Both the position numbers and the translations under genes were made by a program. A stretch of 64,000 nucleotides of DNA, taken from assembly GCA_963712115.1 (NCBI GenBank), contig CAVQGX010000032.1, forward strand, positions 64,001 through 128,000, in the 5' to 3' direction. Positions 16,993 to 27,200 of the stretch are shown in pieces. This DNA is from an uncultured delta proteobacterium. Lineage in GTDB: Bacteria > Desulfobacterota > Syntrophobacteria > BM002. The first letter of the stretch is position 1, and each line of letters begins with the position of its first letter. Below the pieces are notes generated by a model that saw only the letters and a list, made by a program, of their open reading frames with translations, had not been told where the DNA came from and made no database searches.

Positions 16993-17988
16993 TTAAGGGA
17001 GCCAAAGGTACATAAACTGGGGTGCTTGTCTCTGGGGTAGAAGCTCTCCTCGTTGTATACGCTCTGCCCAACTCCATGCCTCTACCTGGGACATTGAATA
17101 GATGTTGTCCACATATGCTCCAGGGCGGTGGTACATGACCACCTTTGCTCGCTCCATCCCTACAGCATTTTTCGCCCAGTTAACAGCGTCGTTTAGATAG
17201 CCCAATTGGTCCACCAGACGTAGATTAAATGCCTGGGTGCCTGTAAAAACCCGCCCGTCGTTCACTTTAGCCAAATCAGCCTCTGTCATATTCTTTCTTC
17301 CCGCCCTAACCACCTCTAAGAATCTACCCTGGTATTCGTCGATGATACTCTGCAAAATCTTCTTTTCCTCACTGGTGGCCGGCCGGAACGGTGTCCACAT
17401 ATCCTTTTTATCTCCTGATTTTATCGTCTCTTCCGCAACACCCACCTTTTCCATCAAACCTTCCACATTGAATTTTAACGCAATGGTGCCGATGCTTCCG
17501 GTCAATGTGGTTGGCTGGGCGACGATGTGATCGGCCGCGGTGGCTATATAGTATCCTCCTGAGGTGGCCATCCCAAGAAAGCAAGCAACAACAACGACAT
17601 TCCGCTTTTTCTTGAACTCCTTTATCTCATGGTAGATAAGATCGCTTGCGTTCACCGTCCCACCCGGAGACTGAATACGGAGAATCAGAGCCTTTATTTC
17701 ACCATCTGTGGCGGCTTTGCCGAGTTCCTCCTTCATCCTGGCAACCAAGTTGATCTCTTCTCTGAAACTGCCTTCTTTCTTCTTCTCTTCGTAAGCCAGC
17801 ACTCCGCTAACATCCATTACCAAGACTTTACCGGGCCCCTCTCCTTCAATTACCTTTTCCTGTAGCGGTAAGGCTGGTTGATAAAGGCTCACATTAACAA
17901 AGGCACACCCGGATGCAGTAACGGTAAGCAAAGCCGCAGCCAAACACCATTTCATAAAACCATTTCCCTGCTTCTCCAGTATTTTCAT
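16993..17988 (-). CDS. sppA: Signal peptide peptidase SppA (S49), lipoprotein
   Basis: Lipobox TASGC, IQSPGG, ATSGGYYIA, TGSIG, DGRVFTG; likely start 17988 after AAGGAG. Confidence 0.92.
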   Translation of the reverse strand: MKILEKQGNGFMKWCLAAALLTVTASGCAFVNVSLYQPALPLQEKVIEGEGPGKVLVMDVSGVLAYEEKKKEGSFREEINLVARMKEELGKAATDGEIKALILRIQSPGGTVNASDLIYHEIKEFKKKRNVVVVACFLGMATSGGYYIATAADHIVAQPTTLTGSIGTIALKFNVEGLMEKVGVAEETIKSGDKKDMWTPFRPATSEEKKILQSIIDEYQGRFLEVVRAGRKNMTEADLAKVNDGRVFTGTQAFNLRLVDQLGYLNDAVNWAKNAVGMERAKVVMYHRPGAYVDNIYSMSQVEAWSWAERIQRGELLPQRQAPQFMYLWLP

Positions 17989-18247
17989 GTTCATCTCCTT
18001 CTCTTTTCTTCTTCCTTGTTTCCTCTTCCCTATTAGTTTAACTTCTGTAATGATCAAACTCTTTCGGGCTAGACTTGCCTCAAACCTTAGAAGTATTGGT
18101 GAAAGTGATTAGGATCGGTTTTGAGCAACCGCCCGTTGACGGTCAATCCCAGTTCTGCTATGAGGCTAAAATGTTAGATTTTTTCCCGTTCCATTAGAAT
18201 GGCCATCCTGGCAAGGCAACCAGCATACATTGGTGAGGATTAAAGCC

Positions 18248-19453
18248 ATGGTTAAAATTGACAAAATAAACCAGGCAGCAGAAATCCTAAAGGGTATCGT
18301 CTTTGAAACCCCACTAGTATATTCCAATTACCTCAGTCGGCGATTTGACGCCAGAGTCCATCTCAAACTCGAGAATCTGCAAAAGACAGGCTCCTTTAAG
18401 TTTCGTGGAGCCTACCACAAACTGGCTAATATCCGGGAGGACCTGGGGCCAGAGGGTGTGGTGACAGCCTCAGCTGGAAACCACGCCCAGGGAGTAGCAC
18501 ATGCCGCTCAACTCATGTCCATTTCCTCCACCATTGTCATGCCTGAATGGGCCTCAATTAGCAAACAAACAGCCACCCGATCTTACGGTGGCCGGGTAGT
18601 ACTAAGTGGGCAGAGTCTGGAAGAAAGTTTGAACCAGGCCCACAAGTTGGAAGCAGAAGGCAGAGCATTTATTCATCCCTATGACGACGAGGATATTATC
18701 GCCGGCCAGGGGACCGTGGGTCTGGAGATCGTTTCCCAATTACCTGAGGTAGAAAAAATTCTGGTCCCTGTTGGCGGCGGTGGTCTCATCGCTGGAATTT
18801 CCGCTGCGGTAAAATCCCTTTGCCCGCAAGCATCGATCATCGGGGTGCAGGCTGCTTCCTGTGCTTCCACCGCTGCAGCTTTGAGACTCGGCAAACGAGT
18901 AACAGTTCCAGCCAAACATTCCATAGCTGACGGCATCAGCGTCAAGAAAGTAGGAAAGCTGCCTTTCGCCATCATCCGGAAGTTAGTTGACCTTGTGGTG
19001 GCCGTGGAGGAGGAGGAGATTGCCGCTGCCATGCTTGAATTACTGGAGCGCAAGAAGGTTTTGGCCGAGGGTAGCGGTGCTGTCCCCTTGGCAGCACTCA
19101 TGGGCGACCAGCTTGGAAGTATTCGTGGGCAATCGGTGGTCCTGGTGATTAGCGGCGGCAACGTTGATACTCATCTATTGGGAAGAATCCTTAGGAAAGG
19201 ATTGTTTAAAACCAACCGGATCATGAGACTCTCAGTGCAACTTAGGGATGTCCCTGGTGCCCTTGCCGACCTTCTCAAGGTGGTCGCCGACTGCCGAGGC
19301 AACATCCTCCACGTTTTCCATGACCGCCTAGGGCGGCATCTCCCCGTTGACTTGAGTAGGGTAGAATTGGAGATAGAAACACGGGGTTCGGACCACATTG
19401 AGGAACTTCTCAAAGCTCTTAGCGGCAGTGGTTACGAAGTAGATACTATCTGA
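18248..19453 (+). CDS. ilvA: Threonine ammonia-lyase with C-terminal ACT domain
   Basis: KLENLQKTGSFKFRGA, SAGNHAQG, VPVGGGGL, SGGNVD, ACT-like DVPGAL. Confidence 0.93.
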   Translation: MVKIDKINQAAEILKGIVFETPLVYSNYLSRRFDARVHLKLENLQKTGSFKFRGAYHKLANIREDLGPEGVVTASAGNHAQGVAHAAQLMSISSTIVMPEWASISKQTATRSYGGRVVLSGQSLEESLNQAHKLEAEGRAFIHPYDDEDIIAGQGTVGLEIVSQLPEVEKILVPVGGGGLIAGISAAVKSLCPQASIIGVQAASCASTAAALRLGKRVTVPAKHSIADGISVKKVGKLPFAIIRKLVDLVVAVEEEEIAAAMLELLERKKVLAEGSGAVPLAALMGDQLGSIRGQSVVLVISGGNVDTHLLGRILRKGLFKTNRIMRLSVQLRDVPGALADLLKVVADCRGNILHVFHDRLGRHLPVDLSRVELEIETRGSDHIEELLKALSGSGYEVDTI

Positions 19454-21609
19454 ACTGCGGTTATCTTTTCTTGAAGCTGGCGAACCTGCTCGTCCTCCGG
19501 GGCCATTGCCGCTGCTCGTCGGCACTGTGCCAGAGCTTCTTCCAGCTCTCGATTTTGCCAGAGCAACTCTGCCAATCTCCGGCAAAACAGCACACTATCC
19601 GGTTCCAATTCAACACTCCGACGAGCTAGAGAAAGGGCTATCTCCAGGTTCGAGTCCACCCGTCTATACAAAATAGCCAGACCGCTAAGTGCTGCCGCGT
19701 CATTACCGTTGATCTTCAGAGCTTTCTTGAACCCATTCATTGCTTCTGCGTCCTTGCCCTGCTCCAGAAAACATTCACCAAACAGCCGCCAAGCCTTGGC
19801 CCAGTGGGGTTTAAGCTCCACTGTTTGACCCAGGTAATGCAGAGCTTCCTCCAAACGGCTCTGTTTTCTGCACAGCTTAGCCAGCTGGAAATAGGGGGCA
19901 GCTCTTTTGGGCTCGAGCTTGGAAGCTCGAGTGAAGGCTTGCTCAGCCTCATCCTCCCTCCCTAGGCTCAGCAAAGCGCAGGCCAAATTGTATTGCCCCA
20001 TAAAATCACTGGGCTTCACTGAGGCTACCTGGGCAAACTCAGTGACGGCTTCCTCAAATTCGCCCATCTTGGCATAGCAAACTCCAAGGCTATTGCTGAC
20101 ATTTACATTATTGGGATCCAAGGTCAAAGCCCGCTGGAACTCTGCCACCGCCTCTTTGAGCTTTCCCCTTTCATAAAGCCGATCTCCACTAATATTAAGA
20201 CTTACCGCGTCAAAAAGAGTCTGAGTGTTAGGCCCGAAAAACTTAGTATGAATGAGGGCCTTACGAGCGTTGTCCAGCATCTCGACCTTGGCAAAGCCCG
20301 GACAGGGATGGACGCTAATGCCGATTTGCACGGTAGTACTCAGCTCCGATTTCACTAGCTGACGAATAGCACTGCCCCGCTCTTGGGCTGAATCAACATC
20401 TGCCCCTGGTAGAAACATCCCGAATCGATCAGGACCTGCCCATTCTACCACTGCAGTTGTAGGGCTCTCCTTCTTACTCACCGCCATTACACGTCTGGCT
20501 TTCCCCGCTGCCCCTCTTGAGCCGTGTTGTCGTTGCCAAACCTTCCAATCGTCAAGCTTGACCAACAAGAGGGCGCCAGGCTCATCGTTAGTGAGCAAAG
20601 GGGATAAACCTTTTTCTATGGCTGACTCGCGCTTGACCAACCCTTGTTCGAGGAGTGTCTGATAGCTGAGTATACTCTCGTCTTTATGTTCGGCCACCTG
20701 GGCCGCCAAGGTTGCCCTCCGAATCACCTCTTCTGTAGCGGTCAACCGCACTCCGTGATCACTTTTTTCCCATGGCAGCGAAGGTCCATCATCGTAAAAA
20801 TCTTCCGGAAAAGTTGCTATGCCTGCCCTCAGAGTCCACTTCTCCTCGCCATCTTTGCCCCCTGTTTCAGCCTTGCTTAAACCGCTGTGCACCTTTTCAG
20901 CCCATTGTTGGGCTTCCACAAGCTGCGCCTTTGGCCAGAAGATTCCCACGTAGCCACCTCCCAGATGCGCCGCCAGAGCCTCGTTTGGCAGGGCCTCCAC
21001 TACCTTTGGACCAAGATTTTTCCAAACTGGACCCGGTCCAGCCCAAGGTTCGGGTGCTGGGTTGACTGCAAAACAGATGAAGCTAAATTGGGCCGCCCCA
21101 GGTCTGTGGTCAAGCATTCGCCTTGAAGTCAAACTGCCGTCACTCTCGGCCAGTTCTATGGCCCGGCTCAACTCCTTTATAAGCACCTGCCGCCGCCACA
21201 GCATGGTCTCCTCGTCCCTCCACCCTCTTTTTTCCCACTGGAGGCTGTCAATGCAAAGACGAGCCAGCCTCTCCAAAAGCACCTGGTTTTCTGGATTTTG
21301 GTATTTCTTTTCAACATCTTCGGCAAAGAGCACTCCTACAACTCTTTCGCCCTGGACCAGGGGAAGAAGGAGCCAGCCAAACTCTTGATTAAAAGCAGGA
21401 CGCCGGCTAAGAACTACCTCGTTTACAAGCTTCAACAGAACTTTTGGCGAATGATGCTGACTGAGAAGACTGTAGTCGGGAAAAGGAGGCAGGATAGCGA
21501 GTTGTCGACTGCCCAATATGTCAGCCATCTCCCGCTGGAAGATTTCCTTTCGGGCTACTGCGTCTGCTGGGGTTAGATCAATGGAGTTGGATGCCATAGC
21601 TCTCCTCAA
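19432..21609 (-). CDS. Multidomain protein: GAF-like, two degenerate GGDEF-like domains, TPR array
   Basis: PL..GERVVGVL; HLGGGYVGIF...AGIATFP; WAGPDRFGMF...IGISVHP; NSLGVCY, YNLACAL TPRs; convergent 22-bp overlap with ilvA. Confidence 0.7.
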   Translation of the reverse strand: MRRAMASNSIDLTPADAVARKEIFQREMADILGSRQLAILPPFPDYSLLSQHHSPKVLLKLVNEVVLSRRPAFNQEFGWLLLPLVQGERVVGVLFAEDVEKKYQNPENQVLLERLARLCIDSLQWEKRGWRDEETMLWRRQVLIKELSRAIELAESDGSLTSRRMLDHRPGAAQFSFICFAVNPAPEPWAGPGPVWKNLGPKVVEALPNEALAAHLGGGYVGIFWPKAQLVEAQQWAEKVHSGLSKAETGGKDGEEKWTLRAGIATFPEDFYDDGPSLPWEKSDHGVRLTATEEVIRRATLAAQVAEHKDESILSYQTLLEQGLVKRESAIEKGLSPLLTNDEPGALLLVKLDDWKVWQRQHGSRGAAGKARRVMAVSKKESPTTAVVEWAGPDRFGMFLPGADVDSAQERGSAIRQLVKSELSTTVQIGISVHPCPGFAKVEMLDNARKALIHTKFFGPNTQTLFDAVSLNISGDRLYERGKLKEAVAEFQRALTLDPNNVNVSNSLGVCYAKMGEFEEAVTEFAQVASVKPSDFMGQYNLACALLSLGREDEAEQAFTRASKLEPKRAAPYFQLAKLCRKQSRLEEALHYLGQTVELKPHWAKAWRLFGECFLEQGKDAEAMNGFKKALKINGNDAAALSGLAILYRRVDSNLEIALSLARRSVELEPDSVLFCRRLAELLWQNRELEEALAQCRRAAAMAPEDEQVRQLQEKITAVQIVSTS

Positions 21610-21718
21610 GGCACAATTCGCGGAATTCCATAGGGCAAGGGTTTCGGCTTTGAGCTAGCCTCATGAAGCATCTCAAGATCTTCAGACTCGAGAACACCTG
21701 GGTTTCTGATAAATTTGT

Positions 21719-23131
21719 TCAGATGACTAGCTGGGAGGCTGCCGCAGCAATAATTTTCTCATCTCCAGGCTGCAAAGTCCTTACGTCCAGCAAAAAGAGT
21801 TCCTGTTCCACCCGGCCTATTACGGGCGTCGTATATCCTCGAAAACGAGCCTCTAGGCGAGCCGCAGACATTTCTTTGGAGCTCATGGCCACCAGTTTCG
21901 TCGGAAGGTTTTGCACGGGAAGGGCTCCACCACCTACCATGGAGAAACCATCCATTACTCCCACCCCAATTGATTCAGGAATTTTGGCCCTTAGAGCTTC
22001 GACCAGAACTCGGGCTCGATCTTCCAAAGTTTTAAGGTCGGTGGCAATCATCTTGAGGGTGGGAATGGCTTGGATGGCAGTATCTTCGTCCCGATATAGC
22101 CTGAGGGTGGCCTCAAGAGCCGCCAGAGTCAGCTTATCAACTCGAAGCGCTCTTGTGAGCGGATTTCGTCTCAGTTGCGCAATTAACTCTTTCCTACCCA
22201 AAATGATTCCCGCCTGCGTGCCTCCTAATAGTTTATCGCCGCTAAAGGTAATCACATCCGCACCAGAACGTACACTGTCCTGGACGAGTGGCTCTCCCTG
22301 GAGCCCGAACCGGGTAACATCTACAAAGCAGCCGCTGCCCAAGTCCTGCATAACAGCGACCTCATGTTTACCCCCCAGTTCCACCAGTTCCTTGAGACTC
22401 ACCTCAGCAGTAAAACCGATTATCTGGTAGTTGCTAGCGTGCACGTCAAGCAGGAGTGCGGTTTCCGGACCAATGGCTGCTTCATAGTCATTTAGGTGGG
22501 TTCGATTGGTGCAGCCCACTTCCCTGAGAATGGCGCCGCTACGAGCCATAATGTCGGGAATACGGAATGAGCCGCCGATCTCAACCAACTGCCCCCTTGA
22601 AACCACGACTTCTCTGCCCTGCGCTAGGGTGTTAAGGACAAGCACTACTGCGCCCGCATTGTTATTGACTACCAGAGCCCCTTCTGCGCCGGTTATCTCG
22701 CACAGTACTGCTTCGGCATGGACATACCGTGAACCCCTTGTTCCGGCTGCCAAATCATACTCCAAATTGGAGTAGCCGCTGCCCACGAGCTGCAACCTGT
22801 CCAAGGCATCCTGACAAAGGAGCGAGCGGCCCAGATTGGTATGGACAATTATACCTGTGCCATTAACAACGCGACGGAGGGTAAACGATGCCAGGTGCTC
22901 GAGTTCCTCGAGGATCTCATTCACCAAGTTAGCTTGGTCGAATTCCTCCGGATCAAAGGCGACTTCTCCTCTGAGGATGGCTTGTCGGTTCCGGTCCAAA
23001 ACGTTCCGTATCGCTCGCACCACCAGAGTGCGAGGATGGGTCACCACCGCATCACTGATAGCCTCCTGGTGCAATAGTTCGTCAACCGCCGGTAGAGAAC
23101 GCAGCATTTCCTTGTTGCCCGAACTTACCAC
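21719..23131 (-). CDS. selA: L-seryl-tRNA(Sec) selenium transferase
   Basis: NGTGIIVHTNLGR, SNLEYDL, SRGQLVEIGGSFRIP, FSGDKLLGG. Confidence 0.97.
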   Translation of the reverse strand: MVSSGNKEMLRSLPAVDELLHQEAISDAVVTHPRTLVVRAIRNVLDRNRQAILRGEVAFDPEEFDQANLVNEILEELEHLASFTLRRVVNGTGIIVHTNLGRSLLCQDALDRLQLVGSGYSNLEYDLAAGTRGSRYVHAEAVLCEITGAEGALVVNNNAGAVVLVLNTLAQGREVVVSRGQLVEIGGSFRIPDIMARSGAILREVGCTNRTHLNDYEAAIGPETALLLDVHASNYQIIGFTAEVSLKELVELGGKHEVAVMQDLGSGCFVDVTRFGLQGEPLVQDSVRSGADVITFSGDKLLGGTQAGIILGRKELIAQLRRNPLTRALRVDKLTLAALEATLRLYRDEDTAIQAIPTLKMIATDLKTLEDRARVLVEALRAKIPESIGVGVMDGFSMVGGGALPVQNLPTKLVAMSSKEMSAARLEARFRGYTTPVIGRVEQELFLLDVRTLQPGDEKIIAAAASQLVI

Positions 23132-23232
23132 AATAGATCGCCCTCAAAGAATTGGCCAAACTTATAACTTACAAAACTTAATAAAGATAAAGTACAAAAA
23201 ACTAGAATAGCACCCCTCTATTCGCTTAGCTC

Positions 23233-23248
23233 TGCTAGAACTATGCCA
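23233..23248 (-). promoter_or_regulatory. Candidate sigma-54 (-24/-12) promoter upstream of selA
   Basis: TGGCATAGTTCTAGCA, GG-N10-GC. Confidence 0.45.
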
Positions 23249-23387
23249 CCAAGACCATTGGCTGACTCAAGGCAGGCAGGGTCTGATCACCAACCTTGAA
23301 GCTGGCAAGTTGGCACTCTACTACTACAAAAGTGCTGAAATAGCAAGGATTTTTGCCTCCTCGGAGTACTATTCAGAATGGGCATAA

Positions 23388-23981
23388 TCAAAGAGGATCA
23401 TCAGCTTTGGACATGTGTAGTCTTTGGCGCAAAAGTGGACCCAGATAGAGCACTAGGCCAATCTTTATTAGATCCCCCGGCAAAACCACCAAACATCCTA
23501 TTTTTATTGCTGTGGACAGCGACACAGCCTTTTGCTGGATAAAATTCAGATTAAGATAAAGTACTGTTACGCCCGGAACGTAGATCGCCAAAGTGCCCGC
23601 CACCAGCGCCAAAAAAAGAAAAGAGTGCTTTAAAGAGTCACGCCTCTCGGTGATATTACCTATTATGTAAGCCCCACAGACAAAACCCAAGAGATAACCA
23701 AAAGTTGGCTGTAACACATATCCGAGTCCGCCCCCATGGGCAAAGATAGGAATGCCCATCAAGCCGACAAGGATGTAGACCAGCTGGCTGAGAGCCCCCA
23801 ACCTTCCCCCCAAAATCAAGCCGGAAAACATGACCATCAGAGTCTGCAAGGTGAGGGGCACATATGGGATAGGAATTCTGATGAATCCACCAATTCCGGT
23901 TAAAGCAGCAAAAAGAGCTACCAGGCTCAGCTCCCGGGCGCTCAGCCAGTTGGTTTTTTCTCTCTCTGCAACCAACAGCAC
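23388..23981 (-). CDS. bioY: Biotin ECF transporter S component
   Basis: VPLTLQT, GLMGIPIFA..GG, PTFGYLLGF, PGDLIK. Confidence 0.92.
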   Translation of the reverse strand: MLLVAEREKTNWLSARELSLVALFAALTGIGGFIRIPIPYVPLTLQTLMVMFSGLILGGRLGALSQLVYILVGLMGIPIFAHGGGLGYVLQPTFGYLLGFVCGAYIIGNITERRDSLKHSFLFLALVAGTLAIYVPGVTVLYLNLNFIQQKAVSLSTAIKIGCLVVLPGDLIKIGLVLYLGPLLRQRLHMSKADDPL

Positions 23982-24076
23982 TCTCCTTAAGAGAAAAAGG
24001 TCAACCTCCTCACCAGCAGGGTCGAGTCCCTATAATAACATGTTCGGCAACAGTTTCCCCAGAAGTCTCCTCGAAG

Positions 24077-24151
24077 GTAATAGGTCATGGGTAATAGATT
24101 ATTAGGTAGGAACCATCCCATAATCCATTACCTATAACCCATAACCAATAA
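24077..24151. repeat. Heptamer-periodic inverted repeat
   Basis: ggtaata ggtcatg ggtaata gattatt ... cataatc cattacc tataacc cataacc aataac. Confidence 0.75.
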
Positions 24152-24289
24152 CTCGTTTTACCCTCTTGCTTTTGGCCACCACATGCGTTAGTTTCACTGC
24201 CTACTATTGGGTTAGCTCTAGGGGTCCGTGAGCAGATTAAAAATCGATTACTAGGTGCATCCTTCCTGGCCCTCGGGGTACAACCGGTT

Positions 24290-27200
24290 ATGGAACAGGG
24301 TGAGCAGCAAAATAAGACTAAGCTAGATGACGACTGGCAACAACTGTTTGGCGGTTCCCGTCTCGAAGACCTGCATTCTGCTGTAGCTGGCGCCAGACAG
24401 ACGATCTTTGCTCAAGGGCTTAGCCGCTGGGCTCTTTGCTATGGACTGGCCCGTTTGCTGCCGCGGTTCAAACGTACTGTCCTGTTGATCACCCCCTCAC
24501 CAAAGCAGGCCTGGGAAGCACACCAAAGCCTTTCTTTCTTTCTCGGCCTTTCTGAATCTTGGACAGGGGATCCTTTGGAATGTCCCCTCTGGCATTTTCC
24601 CGCAGCCAACCGCCGCATGGCAGCGGAACCTTTCGTTGCACCTGACGTACAAGGCCAACGTCTCGCTGTTCTTTACGCGGCAGCGGCTACTAACCGGCCT
24701 AAAATCATCATTACTTCGGCCCAGGCAATAATGGAGAAGGTTCTACCCCGGCGACACTGCATGGATGCCAGTCGCTACCTGGTCAAAGGAGAGGAGGTAC
24801 GCCGTGAGGAGTTCATATCGCACCTTACTTCCATGGGCTATTACCGAACTGACTTGGTGGAGGAAGTTGGTGACCTCAGCGTACGGGGCGATATCATTGA
24901 CTTGTTTTCTCCCCTCTACCACCGTCCTTTGCGCTTGGAGTTCTTTGATGAAACCATAGAATCAATCCGCTTTTTTAATCCTTCCAACCAGCGTTCCAGT
25001 GAGCCCCTGGAAGATGTGGTCATAGTGCCGGCCCACGAAATACTGCTCAATGACTCCAGCAAGGAGCGAGCCAGCTCATCGTTGAAACTCGCCTGGGAGA
25101 AGGAAGGACAATTTCGGCGTGATCTGGAGCTATGGCTTGATCGGGTAGGCAACTCGGGCCATTTCCCCGGTATCGAGCAATTGCTGCCTCTCTATTATGA
25201 AAAGCTGGAGACCCTGTTCCATTACTTGTCACCCTCAACCCTTGTGGTGCTGAGCAACTCAGGTGAAATCAAAAAGACAATGGCCGAGCTATTAGAACAA
25301 GCTGACCTAGACCGGGATTTTGCTTGTCAAAACTCGCGCTGGACCCCCTCCCCTGAGACCTACCTGCTTGATGTAAGCGAAATAGAGACATCTCTTGAAC
25401 CTTTCCCCCAGATCCTACAGTCCAGTCTTCCGGTGGAGCACGGTTATGAACAGAAAAGCTCGGAAGTGCTCAACTTCCGCCTAGGGGATCACAGGGGGCT
25501 GCAGCGCAAAATTCAAGACCATCAACAGCGCCAGCGGCTACTTGAACCACTGGCTCAGAGACTGCAACAGTGGCAAAAGTCTGGAATAAGCCCCTTTTTG
25601 GTCTGCCGCACAGCGGAACAGGGGCGCCGCTTTGAAAAATTACTTACTGACTATGGGGTAGACGCCCACTTCAGCTCGGAACCTTTTGGGCAACTTTCCT
25701 TTCGAGCTCCGGTTACAAAAATTGTCGTGGGTCGCCTACCCTTTGGATTTATCTGGCCCGATGAGGCTTTAGCCGTTGTCACTGAAACAGAGCTCTACGG
25801 CGAAAAACCACGTCGACACAGTGTTCGTCCCCCTGAGATCGGCTCTTTTTTGGGCTCATTTGCCGATCTTCAGCTTGATGACTTTGTTGTTCACCTGGAC
25901 CACGGAATTGGCGTTTACAAAGGGTTGCTCCACCTGAAAATCAACGAGCACTCCAATGACTTTCTCTTCCTAGAATACCAGGATGGAGACCTACTTTATC
26001 TCCCGGTTGACCGGTTGGATAGGGTACAGAAATACATTGGCGTTGAAGGTTATCAACCTCGAGTGGATAAACTGGGGGGGCAGCGCTGGGCCTCTACCAG
26101 AAAACGGGTACAAGATTCAATCCAAAAAATAGCCCAGGAGCTCTTACATATCTACGCTCTACGTCAAATAAAAGAAGCAACGACTTTTTCGCCGCCGGAC
26201 AGTAGTTTTAGGGAATTCGAAGCCACTTTCCCTTATGAAGAAACTCAGGACCAACAGGCAGCCATAGAGGATGTCCTCGCCGACATGCAGCAAGACAAAT
26301 GCATGGACCGACTAATTTGCGGCGATGTGGGCTTTGGCAAAACTGAGGTTGCCCTGCGGGCTGCCTTTAAGGCAGTAATGGACGGGAAACAGGTGGCGAT
26401 ACTTGTACCTACGACGGTCCTCGCAGAGCAACATTATCTCACTTTCAAACAGAGGCTTGATGGTTATCCCGTCTTCTTGGAAGTGCTTAGCCGTTTTAAG
26501 GTAAGGTCAGAGCAGAAAAAGATACTGGCTGATCTTCAGAACGGTCTCGTGGACATCGTTATCGGTACCCACAGGTTGCTTCAGCCAGATGTGAACTTCA
26601 AAAGCCTTGGATTACTCGTTGTCGATGAAGAGCACCGATTTGGCGTTCGCCACAAAGAAAGGATAAAACAGCTCCGCGCCGAAGTGGATGTCCTGACCTT
26701 GACAGCTACACCCATTCCTCGCACCCTGCATATGTCTCTTATAGGAATTAAGGATCTAAGTGTCATTGATACGCCACCACAGGATCGCAGAGCCATTGCC
26801 ACCAGAATCTGCTCCTTCGACGACCTGGTAGTCAAAGAAGGTGTTCTCAAAGAAAAAGCTCGGGGGGGACAGGTATTTTTTGTCCACAATAACATCAAAA
26901 CCATTTATCGCATTGCCAATCACCTCCAAGAGCTTATTCCTGAAGTCACTGTGGCTGTCGCCCATGGTCAGTTGCGAGAACGGGAGCTGGAAAAAGTCAT
27001 GCTTGATTTCATCCACCACCGCATCGATGTGCTGGTCTGCACCACTATAATTGAGTCAGGTCTGGACATACCTGCTGCGAACACAATCTTTATCAATCGT
27101 GCCGACAAGTTTGGCCTGGGGCAAATCTACCAGCTTCGAGGCAGGGTGGGAAGGTCCTCGGAACAAGCCCATGCCTACCTACTTATCCCGGGTGAACATT

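Noticed and set aside
21663-22430. 255-aa plus-strand ORF
   Set aside because: Antisense shadow of selA with no recognisable motifs.
23310-23338. CIRCE-like TTGGCACTC...AAGTGCTGA between selA and bioY
   Set aside because: Spacer is 11 rather than 9 bp, several mismatches, and no chaperone gene nearby.
24000-24026. BirA-operator-like GTCAACC-N13-GGTCGAG upstream of bioY
   Set aside because: Right arm is degenerate and the spacing is short; plausible but not supportable from this sequence alone.
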